Shown piece after piece: positions 19,301 through 29,534 of a stretch of 64,000 nucleotides of DNA. The position numbers were made by a program, and so were the translations under genes. The stretch lies in NCBI GenBank assembly GCA_024278215.1, contig JAJRTR010000011.1:25583-89582 (forward strand). Reading direction: 5' to 3'. How positions within the stretch are numbered: position 1 is the first letter of the stretch; every line of letters begins with the position of its first letter. Source of the stretch: a bacterium (GTDB lineage Bacteria > UBP15 > UBA6099 > JAJRTR01). A model generated the notes under the pieces. The model saw nothing but the letters and a program-made list of their open reading frames with translations, was not told the origin of the DNA and made no database searches.

Positions 19301-19609
19301 GAGCGGATTGAAAAAAAATGGTTTCCGGAGCCGATCGCGGCGAAAACAGGATATTGCAGCCGGCTCACCGGTAATCTTTTTTCAGACAAAAAAAATCCTG
19401 CCTTGCTTTTACCCGGATAAGGCAGGAGGAAACCGCGCTCAAAATTGACGAACGCGACATATTTGACGGTTCTCCGGACAACATGCCCGGAGTCCCGGTC
19501 GACTCTATAAATTTCAGGTTTTAAAGTGTTTTTTTGTAGGCCGTACATTTATACTATCCACGCGTTCCGCAATTTTTTCACTTGTTTTAAAAAATCTTTT
19601 CACGCATAA

Positions 19610-19632
19610 CCCGCATATTTCACTAATGCGGG
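19610..19632. repeat. REP-like palindrome (copy 3, inverted orientation)
   Basis: cccgcatatttcactaatgcggg, just 3' of the enoyl-CoA hydratase stop. Confidence 0.7.
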
Positions 19633-19656
19633 CCAAAAAACCATTCGTTCAGCAAT

Positions 19657-20367
19657 TCAGCTCTTCGCGAGAAACTTTCTGAAGACGTCATCATGTTCTA
19701 CGGCAAATGAATCTTCAAAATTTTTATCGACATTTCCTGTCATATAGCTTTTTGTCGTCGCCAGTGTTTCGGACGGCGCCTGGAGAATAGTTTTGGCAAT
19801 ATCAACAGCTTTTCCGATCAATTTTTCAGGTTCTACAACATAGCTGACAAGGCCGATGCGGAGTGCTTCCGCGGCGTCTATTTTTCTTCCCGTCAGGCAC
19901 AAGTCGCGAGCTGTTCCGTGGCCTACGATCCAGCGCAGCGGCGTAAAGAGCGGCGGCCCGCCGAATTTTATTTCAGGATGCGCAAATACTGCTCCGGTCG
20001 CGCAGATACGGATGTCGCACAATACCGCGAGGTCGAAACCACCCCCCATTGCCGCGCCGCCTATCGCCGCGACAACAGGTTTCGGGAAGTTCCACAGGTC
20101 GCGGTGATAGCGTGCCGACGACTCGAACAATTCCTCGCGGCGGTCGGTCCGCCCGAACTCTGTAAGGTCGAAACCCGCGCAGAACACCTTTCCCTCGCCT
20201 GAGAATATGACAGCTTTCGCGTCCGCATTATCCCTGAGTTCGCCAAGTGCGTCGGAAATCTCCCTGCGCATCATTATCGACAGTGCGTTTCTCGCCTCCG
20301 GCCTGTCGAGGACGATCATCACTACTCCATCGGCTTTTTCTTCGATACGTATTGTCTTATATTCCAT
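19657..20367 (-). CDS. Enoyl-CoA hydratase/isomerase (crotonase family)
   Basis: Crotonase-fold signature AVIFSGEGKVFCAGFDL. 236 aa. Confidence 0.8.
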   Translation of the reverse strand: MEYKTIRIEEKADGVVMIVLDRPEARNALSIMMRREISDALGELRDNADAKAVIFSGEGKVFCAGFDLTEFGRTDRREELFESSARYHRDLWNFPKPVVAAIGGAAMGGGFDLAVLCDIRICATGAVFAHPEIKFGGPPLFTPLRWIVGHGTARDLCLTGRKIDAAEALRIGLVSYVVEPEKLIGKAVDIAKTILQAPSETLATTKSYMTGNVDKNFEDSFAVEHDDVFRKFLAKS

Positions 20368-20666
20368 ATTCGGCCCACTTCCTTTGTATGCGTATTTTTT
20401 CTTCTCAGCTGATCCCGGGGAAAATCACTTTGTTATCTGCAACGGTAAGCTTCTGCTCAATTGTATCAGATTATTCACAGCAGGAAACTTGTTCGCGCAA
20501 TTTCGATTTGCGGACCCTTCGCGGAAATTTGACTCTGATATGTCCCTGAACTAAACTGGATCAGCAAGCCGGTATTATATCGACGCAAAGTACAGGGTGG
20601 TGTCACCTCTTCAGGGCGAAGGCCCGGACGAGGCGCAGGATTTTATAATTAAATGAGGATACATTT

Positions 20667-23483
20667 ATGAGAAAAAATACATTTATTCCTATTATCGTGT
20701 CGCTTATCATCGGCGCTTTCATGGTCGGCACATGGCTCATCGGTATATGGACGGATTACCTGTGGTTCGACAACCTGGGCTATAATTCCGTCTTCCTGTC
20801 CATTATACAGACAAAGATAATTCTGGGATTACTTGTCGGCTCCGTATTCTTTGTTGTGCTGTATGCCAACTTCATTATCGCCGACCACCTGAGCAAGGTG
20901 GGTTATATCAAAACCGGCGACAATGCCATCGAACTGCCCGGACTTGAGACGCTGGGCGCAAATTCAAAGTTCATTTTTCTCGGCACGGCAGCCTTCTTCG
21001 CACTCATAATAGGACTCGACGCGTCAAGCAACTGGTCCGCTTTTCTCAAGTTTATGAATGCCGTCAAATTCGGCGCGAACGATCCTGTGTTCGGACTCGA
21101 CATTTCATTCTTTGTATTCCATCTTTCATTTCTTCAGAGCGCCTACCGATGGGTCCTTATGGGATTGATCTTCAGTATCGCAATCTCATTCTCCGTCTAT
21201 GTCACAAAGCGCGGCCTGATAATCACAGAGAATGGAATACATTACCGTGCGACATTGATTTCGCATCTTTCGGTTCTCGCGGCGGCGGCATTTGTGCTCA
21301 AGGCGGTCGGCTACAGGCTGACGGCCTACAGCCTGCTGGTGTCGTCGCGTGGTTTTGTCACAGGAGCGGGCTACACGGATGTTATAGTGCGGCTGCCTGT
21401 GTTGAACATTCTGTATCTTCTGTGTCTCGTGATCGCGGTGATTTTTCTCGCCAACGCATTCTTCAGAACGTGGAAAGTGCCTGTGGGTGCGCTGTTGTTT
21501 TTCGTGCTTGCCGCGGGGCTGGGCGCCGCATATCCCGAGCTGATACAGCGCCTGCGTGTCGAGCCCAACGAAATCTCGATGGAAACGCCCTACATCAAGC
21601 GGCAGATCGACTACACACGCGCGGCTTATGATCTCAACAATGTCACGGTGAAACAGTTCGAAGTCGATGAAAAACTCACTCCCGACGACATCGAGAACAA
21701 CGAACTGACTATTAAAAATGTACGGCTGTGGGACACGCGCCCCCTGTTGCTGACATTCCAGCAACTCCAGGAAATACGCACCTACTACAGCTTCGCGAGC
21801 GTGGACATCGACCGCTACTATATCAACGGCGAATATCGCCAGGTGATGCTGTCGCCGCGCGAGTTGTCCTATGCGCAGCTTCCGAGCAAAATCTGGATCA
21901 ACGAACACCTCTCTTTCACACACGGCTACGGTTTGGTGATGTCGCCTGTCAACAAATTTACACGCGAGGGCATGCCCGAGTTTTTTATCAAGGACATTCC
22001 GCCTGTGTTCGACACAAACATAAAAGTCGACAGGCCGCAGATTTATTACGGCGAACTTTCCAATGATTATGTTTTTACCAGAACAAAATCGGACGAATTC
22101 GACTATCCGCAGGGCGAGCAGAATGTTTTCGCCGACTACACAGGCAAGGGCGGCGTCAAGCTGGATTCCTTATTTAAAAAGGCGGCGTTCGCGCTGAAAT
22201 TCTCGTCGCTTGCTATCCTGCTCAACACAGACATCACGACAGACAGCAGGATAATGATAAACAGGCGGATAACCCCCGGCGCGGGGCGCAGCTCGCGCGC
22301 GGAACGCATTATGCCGCTGCTCGCTTATGACAGCGACCCATACATTGTCGTGGCCGATGGGAAACTCAAGTGGATGATCGACGCCTACACGCTCACTTCT
22401 GCTTATCCTTATTCAGAACATTACCCTCTCGGCGGCAACGGTTCCGGTTTCAACTATATCCGCAACTCGGTTAAAGTAATTATCGACGCCTACGACGGTT
22501 CGGTCGATTTCTATATCTACGATGAGGACGACCCGATTATAAAAACTTATGCGAAAATGTTTCCCACTCTTTTCAAGCCGCGCTCCGAGATGCCCGAAGC
22601 GTTCCGAAGCCATGTGCGATACCCGGATGACCTCTTCAGGGTGCAGACCGACGTCTACACTGTATACCAGATGATGGAACCACAGATTTTCTACAACAAG
22701 GAAGACCTCTGGACTTATCCGCGCGAGCTCTTCTACCAGGCCGAGCAGGAGATGTCGCCATACTATACGATCATGAGACTGCCGGGCGAAAAGAGAGAGG
22801 AGTTTATCCTCATGCTGCCCTTCACTCCAAAGAACAAGGACAACCTTTCAGCCTGGATGTGCGCGCGCAACGACGGCGACAACTACGGTCGCCTGATGGT
22901 CTACAAATTCCCGAAAAAGAAACTGATCTTCGGGCCGTTCCAGGTTGAAGCGCGGATCGACCAGGACCCGGAAATATCGAGACAATTTACGCTCTGGAGC
23001 CAGAAGGGTTCGCAGATAATCCGCGGCAACATGCTGGTGATTCCTATCAGCGATTCGCTGCTGTATGTCGAGCCTGTGTTCCTTAAATCTGATAAGGGCG
23101 AGATACCCGAACTTAAACGAGTGATCGTGTCCACAGGCAGCAGGGTCGTGATGGAACAAACGCTCGAACTCGCCCTCGAGGAACTCATCGGCGAATACAC
23201 AAGTGAGGTCGAAAGACTCGAAAAAGAAGAGGAAGTTAAGTCCGCCGCCGCGACGCCCGGAACGGCGAATAGATCCGATGCTGAACTCGTGAAGCGCAGC
23301 AGGGAATATCTCGATGCCGCGAAACAGAGCCTTCGACAACTCGACTGGCAGGGCTTCGGCGACAATCTCAACAATCTCGAAAAAACACTCGAAGCGCTCG
23401 AAGCGCAAACCGAACAGGAAACTGCGGAACCGCCAGCCGCCGCGCCGGCTGATGGCGAACCAGGCGCGGCATCGGGCAAATAG
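20667..23483 (+). CDS. UPF0182-family large polytopic membrane protein
   Basis: 938 aa; N-terminal multi-TM region (TWLIGIWTDYLWFDNLGY) followed by a large soluble region, characteristic of UPF0182. Confidence 0.65.
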   Translation: MRKNTFIPIIVSLIIGAFMVGTWLIGIWTDYLWFDNLGYNSVFLSIIQTKIILGLLVGSVFFVVLYANFIIADHLSKVGYIKTGDNAIELPGLETLGANSKFIFLGTAAFFALIIGLDASSNWSAFLKFMNAVKFGANDPVFGLDISFFVFHLSFLQSAYRWVLMGLIFSIAISFSVYVTKRGLIITENGIHYRATLISHLSVLAAAAFVLKAVGYRLTAYSLLVSSRGFVTGAGYTDVIVRLPVLNILYLLCLVIAVIFLANAFFRTWKVPVGALLFFVLAAGLGAAYPELIQRLRVEPNEISMETPYIKRQIDYTRAAYDLNNVTVKQFEVDEKLTPDDIENNELTIKNVRLWDTRPLLLTFQQLQEIRTYYSFASVDIDRYYINGEYRQVMLSPRELSYAQLPSKIWINEHLSFTHGYGLVMSPVNKFTREGMPEFFIKDIPPVFDTNIKVDRPQIYYGELSNDYVFTRTKSDEFDYPQGEQNVFADYTGKGGVKLDSLFKKAAFALKFSSLAILLNTDITTDSRIMINRRITPGAGRSSRAERIMPLLAYDSDPYIVVADGKLKWMIDAYTLTSAYPYSEHYPLGGNGSGFNYIRNSVKVIIDAYDGSVDFYIYDEDDPIIKTYAKMFPTLFKPRSEMPEAFRSHVRYPDDLFRVQTDVYTVYQMMEPQIFYNKEDLWTYPRELFYQAEQEMSPYYTIMRLPGEKREEFILMLPFTPKNKDNLSAWMCARNDGDNYGRLMVYKFPKKKLIFGPFQVEARIDQDPEISRQFTLWSQKGSQIIRGNMLVIPISDSLLYVEPVFLKSDKGEIPELKRVIVSTGSRVVMEQTLELALEELIGEYTSEVERLEKEEEVKSAAATPGTANRSDAELVKRSREYLDAAKQSLRQLDWQGFGDNLNNLEKTLEALEAQTEQETAEPPAAAPADGEPGAASGK

Positions 23484-23522
23484 ACTGCCGCCCCTGCGCA
23501 GAACAAAAGAAAGCGCCGGCTC

Positions 23523-24953
23523 ATGAACATTCTGCTCGTAAGGCCTCCCACGATAATGGGCGCGGAACACGCACACGCTTTCCAGCACCCGGTAAATCTG
23601 TGCCTGCTCGCCGCCTGCGCCGCCGCGGCCGGTTTCAAACCTTCCATAATAGATTATGAAATTTTCCCATACTCGCACAAAGCCTTCGGCGACACTGTCC
23701 GCGCAAAGAATCCATCGCTGATCGGCTACACCGCAATGACGCCGTCTATAGACTTCGCCGCCGAAATGGCCGCAACAGCGAAGCAGGCCGCGCCGGATGT
23801 GATAAATGTTGTCGGCGGCCCGCACACTTCCATTCTCCCCATAGAAACGCTGGAGCGATACCCGCAATTCGATGTGGCCGTGATGGGAGAAGGCGAGAAG
23901 GTTTTCGTCGATATATGCAGGACCGCCGAAGACGGCATGCTCGGTGCCGACGCCCTGCCCTCGGCTGTTATACGCAATGAAGACGGCGAACTTGTCGGCA
24001 GCGCCGGTTCGAGAATGACGCCGATGAACCTCGACGAATTGCCGTTCCCGGCTCGCGAACTGCTCGACCTTAAAAAATATCGTGGCGTCTCCACACCGGG
24101 TGTGCCGGGCGGCAGGGGCGGCGCGACCCAGTTGTTCACAGCGCGCGGCTGCCCCGGCAAATGCATCTTCTGCTGCTCGGAGCATGTTTTCGGTCGCAGG
24201 GTACGCTCGCGCAGCGTCGATCACGTCATGGCGGAAGTCGAGGACTGCATCGCGCGCTTCGGCTTCACTCATTTCACTATCGACAACGACACTTTCACAT
24301 ACCGGCGCGGCGACGTAATGGAATTCTGCGAGCGTATCGCCGCGCTCGGCGTCACATGGGACTGCGACACCCGCGTTGACCGGGTCGATGAAGAAATGAT
24401 ACACGCTATGGCACAGTCGGGTTGTCTCAAAATCGCCTTCGGCGTCGAAACCGGCAGTCCGGAGATTTTAAAACTCATAAAAAAGGGAATCACCATCGAG
24501 CAGATAAAAACGGCATTTGCGGCGGCCTCGAAAGCGGGGATGCTCACATGCGCGTTTCTCATGGTGGGCAATCATCCGGAAGAAACAGAATCGGACATCG
24601 AAATGACGGGAAAACTTGTGCGGGAAATAAGACCGGACCTGGTATCCGTCGCCATCGCGACACCCTATCCGGGCACACAGCTCGAAAGGCTGATGAAAGA
24701 AGAAGGGCTTCTCGAAAACAGCCTGCCCTGGCACGCCTGCGGCCAGTCGTTTCACGGAAAACCCATCACACGCACAAAAACAATATCGCCCACTCGCCTG
24801 CTCGAACTCCAGACCCGAATGTTGCGCTCCTTCTATCTCGACCCCGGCTACATCCTCCGCCGCCTCGCCCGGCTGCGCTCACCCGGTGAAATACGCTACT
24901 GGTTCGGCGCAGGCATCGAATTCGTCAAGTACCTTGCAGCAAGGAAAAAGTGA
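23523..24953 (+). CDS. B12-binding-domain radical SAM enzyme (class B)
   Basis: N-terminal cobalamin-binding-like domain; CxxxCxxC cluster motif CPGKCIFC; radical SAM core. Confidence 0.7.
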   Translation: MNILLVRPPTIMGAEHAHAFQHPVNLCLLAACAAAAGFKPSIIDYEIFPYSHKAFGDTVRAKNPSLIGYTAMTPSIDFAAEMAATAKQAAPDVINVVGGPHTSILPIETLERYPQFDVAVMGEGEKVFVDICRTAEDGMLGADALPSAVIRNEDGELVGSAGSRMTPMNLDELPFPARELLDLKKYRGVSTPGVPGGRGGATQLFTARGCPGKCIFCCSEHVFGRRVRSRSVDHVMAEVEDCIARFGFTHFTIDNDTFTYRRGDVMEFCERIAALGVTWDCDTRVDRVDEEMIHAMAQSGCLKIAFGVETGSPEILKLIKKGITIEQIKTAFAAASKAGMLTCAFLMVGNHPEETESDIEMTGKLVREIRPDLVSVAIATPYPGTQLERLMKEEGLLENSLPWHACGQSFHGKPITRTKTISPTRLLELQTRMLRSFYLDPGYILRRLARLRSPGEIRYWFGAGIEFVKYLAARKK

Positions 24954-25033
24954 ATTATACGGTTCTTCGCTGAATTGTGTGGGGAATCCGGATTTCTCAA
25001 AAAAAATCCTGAAAAGGGATCTCTTTCATCGAG

Positions 25034-26530
25034 TTATGAACTGAAGAGTGGCAGGATGCGGCCTTCACTGCCGAGTACGGGCAGGTCGTAGATGGCGGCG
25101 ATTGTGGGAACGACATCTATGATGCTGGACATGCCCGGCAGAGTGCCCTCCCTGATACCGGGCCCGGCGAACATGAGTGTTGTAAGAGAGTCTTCCCGGT
25201 GAAGCCCCCCGTGTTGCCCTTTATATTTGAAATCGGAGAAATGGAATCCTTCGTCACAATTCGAGAGAAGTATCAGGTCTGAGGAACGCTTGCTGCGCAG
25301 ATTGGCGATCCGGCCGGAAGCGCCGGGATATTTTTCCCGGTTGACCTGAAGCGAGAAGAATTCCTTTCTTCCATAAAGTTCGCCGTCTTTCATCACATTG
25401 TAGGTACTGTTTGCATAGTCATTTATGAGAATGAGGTCCAGCCAGCCCGGCGGCAGTGGCCCTCTCTGTCTTTTGCTGAGTTCCATGAGTTTTTCCGCAA
25501 TGTCCACAAGGTCTTCGCGCAAACGCGGTGGATCATACCAGCGTTCCGTACTGCGGTTTCTTATATAAATGTTGGCGCAATTGCCGTGCGCGAGAATGAC
25601 AGCGGAAGTTTTTTTTACTTTTTTGTGTTCGGCGGGATTGTAGCAAATGCAGCCGAAAGAATCGAAAATGGATTTGAGCCTGTTTTCGGTAATTCTCCTA
25701 TTGTCCATGGCGGAAACAGCCGTCTGGGCGTATGAAGATGTCAGTACAAAAAAGCACTCTTTTTCGCCATGGCGCTTATCTATCGCGTTGATAATATTCG
25801 ACAGGATATTATCCAGCGTATTAGTTAAATAGCCGGCCTGTGATGCCGGGCCGTGCAGATGTGAATGGCCGTCGCAACCCGGTAGATTAAAGAGAATCAC
25901 TCGCTGGAGATGTTCTTCATCTTCTATGAGATAGAGAATTTTTTTCAAAACAGCCTTGTCTAAAACGGAGAATGGCAGCTTGTTGGTTTGGCAGAGTTTA
26001 TATTTTATGAGGTCCGAGCGAGCAGGCCGCACCCACTCGTTGACACTGCGGCTGAAAGGATTAAAAACACAGGCAGTACGCACATTTCTTGCCTTCAGCG
26101 AATCGAAGAGAGTTTGTGTGGAACCACTGAGATCGGCCTCGCCGAGTGGGTGATCGTCCCTGTTCGGGAGAATCACGGTAGGCAGGCCATACGGCCTGTA
26201 GCCGAAGAGATGCAATCCGTCTTTAGGAGCTCTGTAGTCGCGAAACAGAGGAAATTTGCCGTAGCGGTCGAACCATGCGTCGGCAAAGATGAGATTGCCG
26301 GCGGGCATGGCCCCCGTGATAAGCGACGCCTGGCAGGGAATCGTCGAAGTGGGAAAGATGCTGACACATTTATCGGCGCGTCTCGCTTCGGAGAAAAGCC
26401 TGCTGAACCCCTCAAGCCGGCCGGAATCGAGCAGATTATAGAAAATATCGGGACGCAAACCATCTATATTGAACCATATAACGCGCGGCCTTTTCATCCC
26501 GTTATTCACCATTGTTCCTTTGACAATCAA
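25034..26530 (-). CDS. Alkaline-phosphatase superfamily protein (type I phosphodiesterase/nucleotide pyrophosphatase-like)
   Basis: The N-terminal motif NIDGLRPD and the ST...GxMP pattern are typical of the AlkP-core/NPP family. Confidence 0.55.
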   Translation of the reverse strand: MIVKGTMVNNGMKRPRVIWFNIDGLRPDIFYNLLDSGRLEGFSRLFSEARRADKCVSIFPTSTIPCQASLITGAMPAGNLIFADAWFDRYGKFPLFRDYRAPKDGLHLFGYRPYGLPTVILPNRDDHPLGEADLSGSTQTLFDSLKARNVRTACVFNPFSRSVNEWVRPARSDLIKYKLCQTNKLPFSVLDKAVLKKILYLIEDEEHLQRVILFNLPGCDGHSHLHGPASQAGYLTNTLDNILSNIINAIDKRHGEKECFFVLTSSYAQTAVSAMDNRRITENRLKSIFDSFGCICYNPAEHKKVKKTSAVILAHGNCANIYIRNRSTERWYDPPRLREDLVDIAEKLMELSKRQRGPLPPGWLDLILINDYANSTYNVMKDGELYGRKEFFSLQVNREKYPGASGRIANLRSKRSSDLILLSNCDEGFHFSDFKYKGQHGGLHREDSLTTLMFAGPGIREGTLPGMSSIIDVVPTIAAIYDLPVLGSEGRILPLFSS

Positions 26531-26803
26531 TTCCTTTTTTCAGCAATGCGATTTTGTCCCTGAATCGCACTTCAGAAACGAATTCCTCTGTAAGGATTCT
26601 AACAGTTTTACTTGATTATTAAAGTTGTTTCCGTTAAAAGTACTACAAAGGCGACTATATTCGTTTGGAATTCGGCGCTATCGCGATTTCCTCAAATGGA
26701 TAATCCGGGAAAGATTATATTTTTCCTTATTATAAGTGAAAGGTTGAAGACAAAAACACAGTTGATAATAAAGCGGGAAAATGAGAAAATTAAGGAGCGG
26801 AAA

Positions 26804-27844
26804 ATGAGAAATGTAAAAGAACAGATTCTTGCGGCAATAATAATTGTGGCTTTGCTTACGATTGCACATACGGCGTGGGCGGAGATAATTCCGGGCCAGA
26901 GTGTGGGCAAGCTTGTCGTGGAAAGCGCGAGCGGCGAAGAGGTGAATCTTGGAGATTACGGTAAACCTTTTATCCTCGCTTTTTTTGTGCCGAATAAGGA
27001 GGAAGACACGAAGCAGATGAAAGCGCTCAAAGAAATTCTTGTCAAGAAGAAACATAATAAATATACCGTTTTTGCAATCACGCGGGGAAAAAACGATGCT
27101 GAGAAGGCGGTTGCGGTAAACTTCATGAAACAGAACGGGCTTGATTTCGAGTTGCTGTTCGACTCTCGCGCAAAGGCCGCGCGAAAGTTTGAAAACAGGG
27201 TCTTTCCCACGTTCTATGTTTTTGACGAAAGAGGTATCATGAAGGCTGCTTCTTTGAATACTGTTACAGAACCCAACCGAAGACTGACGTTCGAGGACTT
27301 CCTTGATTATGTGACCGAAGGCCGTGAAATACCGTTTGTCGATTTCATACCGTACCCGCCGGAAAACCGCCGGAGCAAGACCGCTCACGGACTGCTGGGA
27401 AAAACCGCTCCGGATTTTACTCTGCCGGACACCTATGGACGTATGCACGCGCTGTCTGATTACAGGGGTGAGAAGAATGTCATACTTATCTTCTGGAGCA
27501 CGACCTGCCCGCACTGTCTGAAAGAGTTGCCGCTGGTCCAGAGTTTCTACCTGACTCACAGGCTGAAAGACAATTTCGAGGTTCTCGCCGTGACAACTGT
27601 CAAGGGCGAGAGCGGACTAAAAAAGCTGAAATCCCTGATAAAGAAAAATATGTTTACTTTTATCACGCTCAACGACGAACAGAATGTGTCGGAAATGTAC
27701 GGAGTACGCTATGTGCCGATGGCTTTTTTCATAAACAAGGATGGCGTAATAGTGGATTACCTGTCGGGAGAGAACAAGTATTTCGGGCAGGTTTACAACT
27801 CTATATTCGCGGACCCCAACAGGCTCGGCGAGAAAAAAAAGTGA
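26804..27844 (+). CDS. Exported tandem thioredoxin-like (TlpA/redoxin) protein
   Basis: Start at 26804 (RBS AAGGAG). Signal peptide. Two redoxin-like domains; the second carries CPHC, the first lacks a CxxC. Confidence 0.65.
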   Translation: MRNVKEQILAAIIIVALLTIAHTAWAEIIPGQSVGKLVVESASGEEVNLGDYGKPFILAFFVPNKEEDTKQMKALKEILVKKKHNKYTVFAITRGKNDAEKAVAVNFMKQNGLDFELLFDSRAKAARKFENRVFPTFYVFDERGIMKAASLNTVTEPNRRLTFEDFLDYVTEGREIPFVDFIPYPPENRRSKTAHGLLGKTAPDFTLPDTYGRMHALSDYRGEKNVILIFWSTTCPHCLKELPLVQSFYLTHRLKDNFEVLAVTTVKGESGLKKLKSLIKKNMFTFITLNDEQNVSEMYGVRYVPMAFFINKDGVIVDYLSGENKYFGQVYNSIFADPNRLGEKKK

Positions 27845-27873
27845 AGAATAGTGATTTGTAAGGGAGAAAGATA

Positions 27874-28170
27874 TTGAGAAGCTTTAAAATAGTTTTTTAT
27901 AAATCCGAGAGTGGAGAACTCGTCAAGATGAAGGAGTTTTTTCGGGAAGTCGACGGTCTCCAGGAACTGATTGCAGACCCCCCGGATGAATTTTTCGAGA
28001 TGCTCGGCTCATTCTTCCCAGTGCATGGCTGGGCGGAAATGGACAGGGAGCGGTCTACGGTGTTCGTGGTCTTCGCGCCGCGAGAGAGTGATCTGGACGA
28101 GATAGATAACGACGAGTTCAAAGACTGGCTGAACAGCGTAAGTCCCGGCGACATAAAAGACTTCCTCTGA
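27874..28170 (+). CDS. Hypothetical small acidic protein
   Basis: 98-aa ORF with a TTG start and an AGGGAG RBS. No recognisable domain. Confidence 0.35.
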   Translation: MRSFKIVFYKSESGELVKMKEFFREVDGLQELIADPPDEFFEMLGSFFPVHGWAEMDRERSTVFVVFAPRESDLDEIDNDEFKDWLNSVSPGDIKDFL

Positions 28171-28230
28171 TTCTTCAAATGCGATTCCAACACGGAGATT
28201 GTGTATTCCCGACGCGCAAAGGATTTTCGG

Positions 28231-28253
28231 CCCGCACTTGTGAAATATGCGGG
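28231..28253. repeat. REP-like palindrome (copy 4)
   Basis: cccgcacttgtgaaatatgcggg, just 3' of the stop of the MetE-like gene. Confidence 0.75.
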
Positions 28254-28263
28254 CTACCCCATC

Positions 28264-29313
28264 TTACGTCTTTTCTTTGTTGCCTCTCAACACCCTTGAA
28301 AGCCGCGCCGTCAGGTCCAGCATCTTAACCGCCTGTCCGGGTGTCAGCGAGCCGGCCCCGCAGGTTGGTGTGATAAGCGCCTGCTCGAGAATCACATTCT
28401 CTTTTATGCCCTTCTTTTCAAGCAGTCTGACTCCATCCTTGAAAATGCCGGTCAGTTTGTTTATGTCCTGCGAATCTATCGCAACGGTGCTGGGCACAAC
28501 ACCCCAGGCCAGCAGGCCGCCGCGTTCGAGATAATCGAATATCTGCTTTGCATAAAGAGACAGCGATTCAGCATATTCGAAAGCGTCGAAATTTATTATG
28601 TCGACATTCGTGGACGCGATCAGCGACCAGTCCGTGTTCCCGCAGCAATGGATACCGGCGGAAGCGCCGGCGGCGTGAATATCGGCGATAACTTCATCGA
28701 GGCTTTTCACGACATCGTCGTACAGCAGCGGCACAGTAGCCGAACCGAAACTCTGCAAGTAGGGCTCGTCGATGAAAATAATAACTTCCGGGTTAAGTCG
28801 CTTCAGGAGCTGAGCCTGACGCCGCGCCTTGCGTCCGAGCCCCTTGACGACTCCATCCTTGAGCATATCGTCGTAGTATGACGCCCTGCCGTTCTGGTCG
28901 CACACGGTAAGACCGAAAGTTATGGGACCTGTGACATGTCCTTTAACAGCAAAATAATCTGTTCCCTTTTCCTTATATTGTCTAATGAATTCATAAAATC
29001 CCGGCGCGTAATCTTCGGATATGTCGAACGGTTCGAGCGCTTCAGACATATAAGTTTCGTAGAACTTTTCCATCACCCCCGGCAGCGCGTCGCCGGTGTC
29101 GGAACTGATCTTCTCATTTTTCGTATCCACTTTCACTGCCGGGATTCCCTCGCTGTACTGCGGGCACATCCCTTCGACAAAAGCGCGCGCCGGAAGCTGC
29201 GGCCACACGGGTATATCCACGAGGCACCTGAAGATATCTTCGAGTGCTTCTCCAGGTGTTTTATAAGGGAAGCTGCCTATAGCAGTCGCTCTGCAAGCGG
29301 GTTGAATATTCAT
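28264..29313 (-). CDS. Cobalamin-independent methionine synthase-like (MetE C-terminal/URO-D-like) protein
   Basis: 349 aa with the N-terminal AIGSFPY motif and the HCCGNTD zinc-binding motif typical of the MetE-like family. Confidence 0.5.
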   Translation of the reverse strand: MNIQPACRATAIGSFPYKTPGEALEDIFRCLVDIPVWPQLPARAFVEGMCPQYSEGIPAVKVDTKNEKISSDTGDALPGVMEKFYETYMSEALEPFDISEDYAPGFYEFIRQYKEKGTDYFAVKGHVTGPITFGLTVCDQNGRASYYDDMLKDGVVKGLGRKARRQAQLLKRLNPEVIIFIDEPYLQSFGSATVPLLYDDVVKSLDEVIADIHAAGASAGIHCCGNTDWSLIASTNVDIINFDAFEYAESLSLYAKQIFDYLERGGLLAWGVVPSTVAIDSQDINKLTGIFKDGVRLLEKKGIKENVILEQALITPTCGAGSLTPGQAVKMLDLTARLSRVLRGNKEKT

Positions 29314-29534
29314 TGCCGTTTGTTCCGTTCTCGTGTTTCAGATCGATTCGATCACAACAAAAAGCGGCTTGCAAAATCGCAGCGTACCGCTCGATTACAT
29401 TTTATTCAGGGTACATGAAAATACAAACAACTATTGGTTGATCGGTTTAAACTTTGTGGTATGAACACTGCAAAATACAGATAGCACGCATATTTAACAG
29501 ATGCGGGTGAAAAATAGAAAGTCAGATGCCGGAT

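Noticed and set aside
22848-24404. 518-aa and 248-aa ORFs on the minus strand
   Set aside because: Antisense to UPF0182 and the B12-radical SAM genes. Arg/Ala-rich composition typical of a spurious GC-rich frame.
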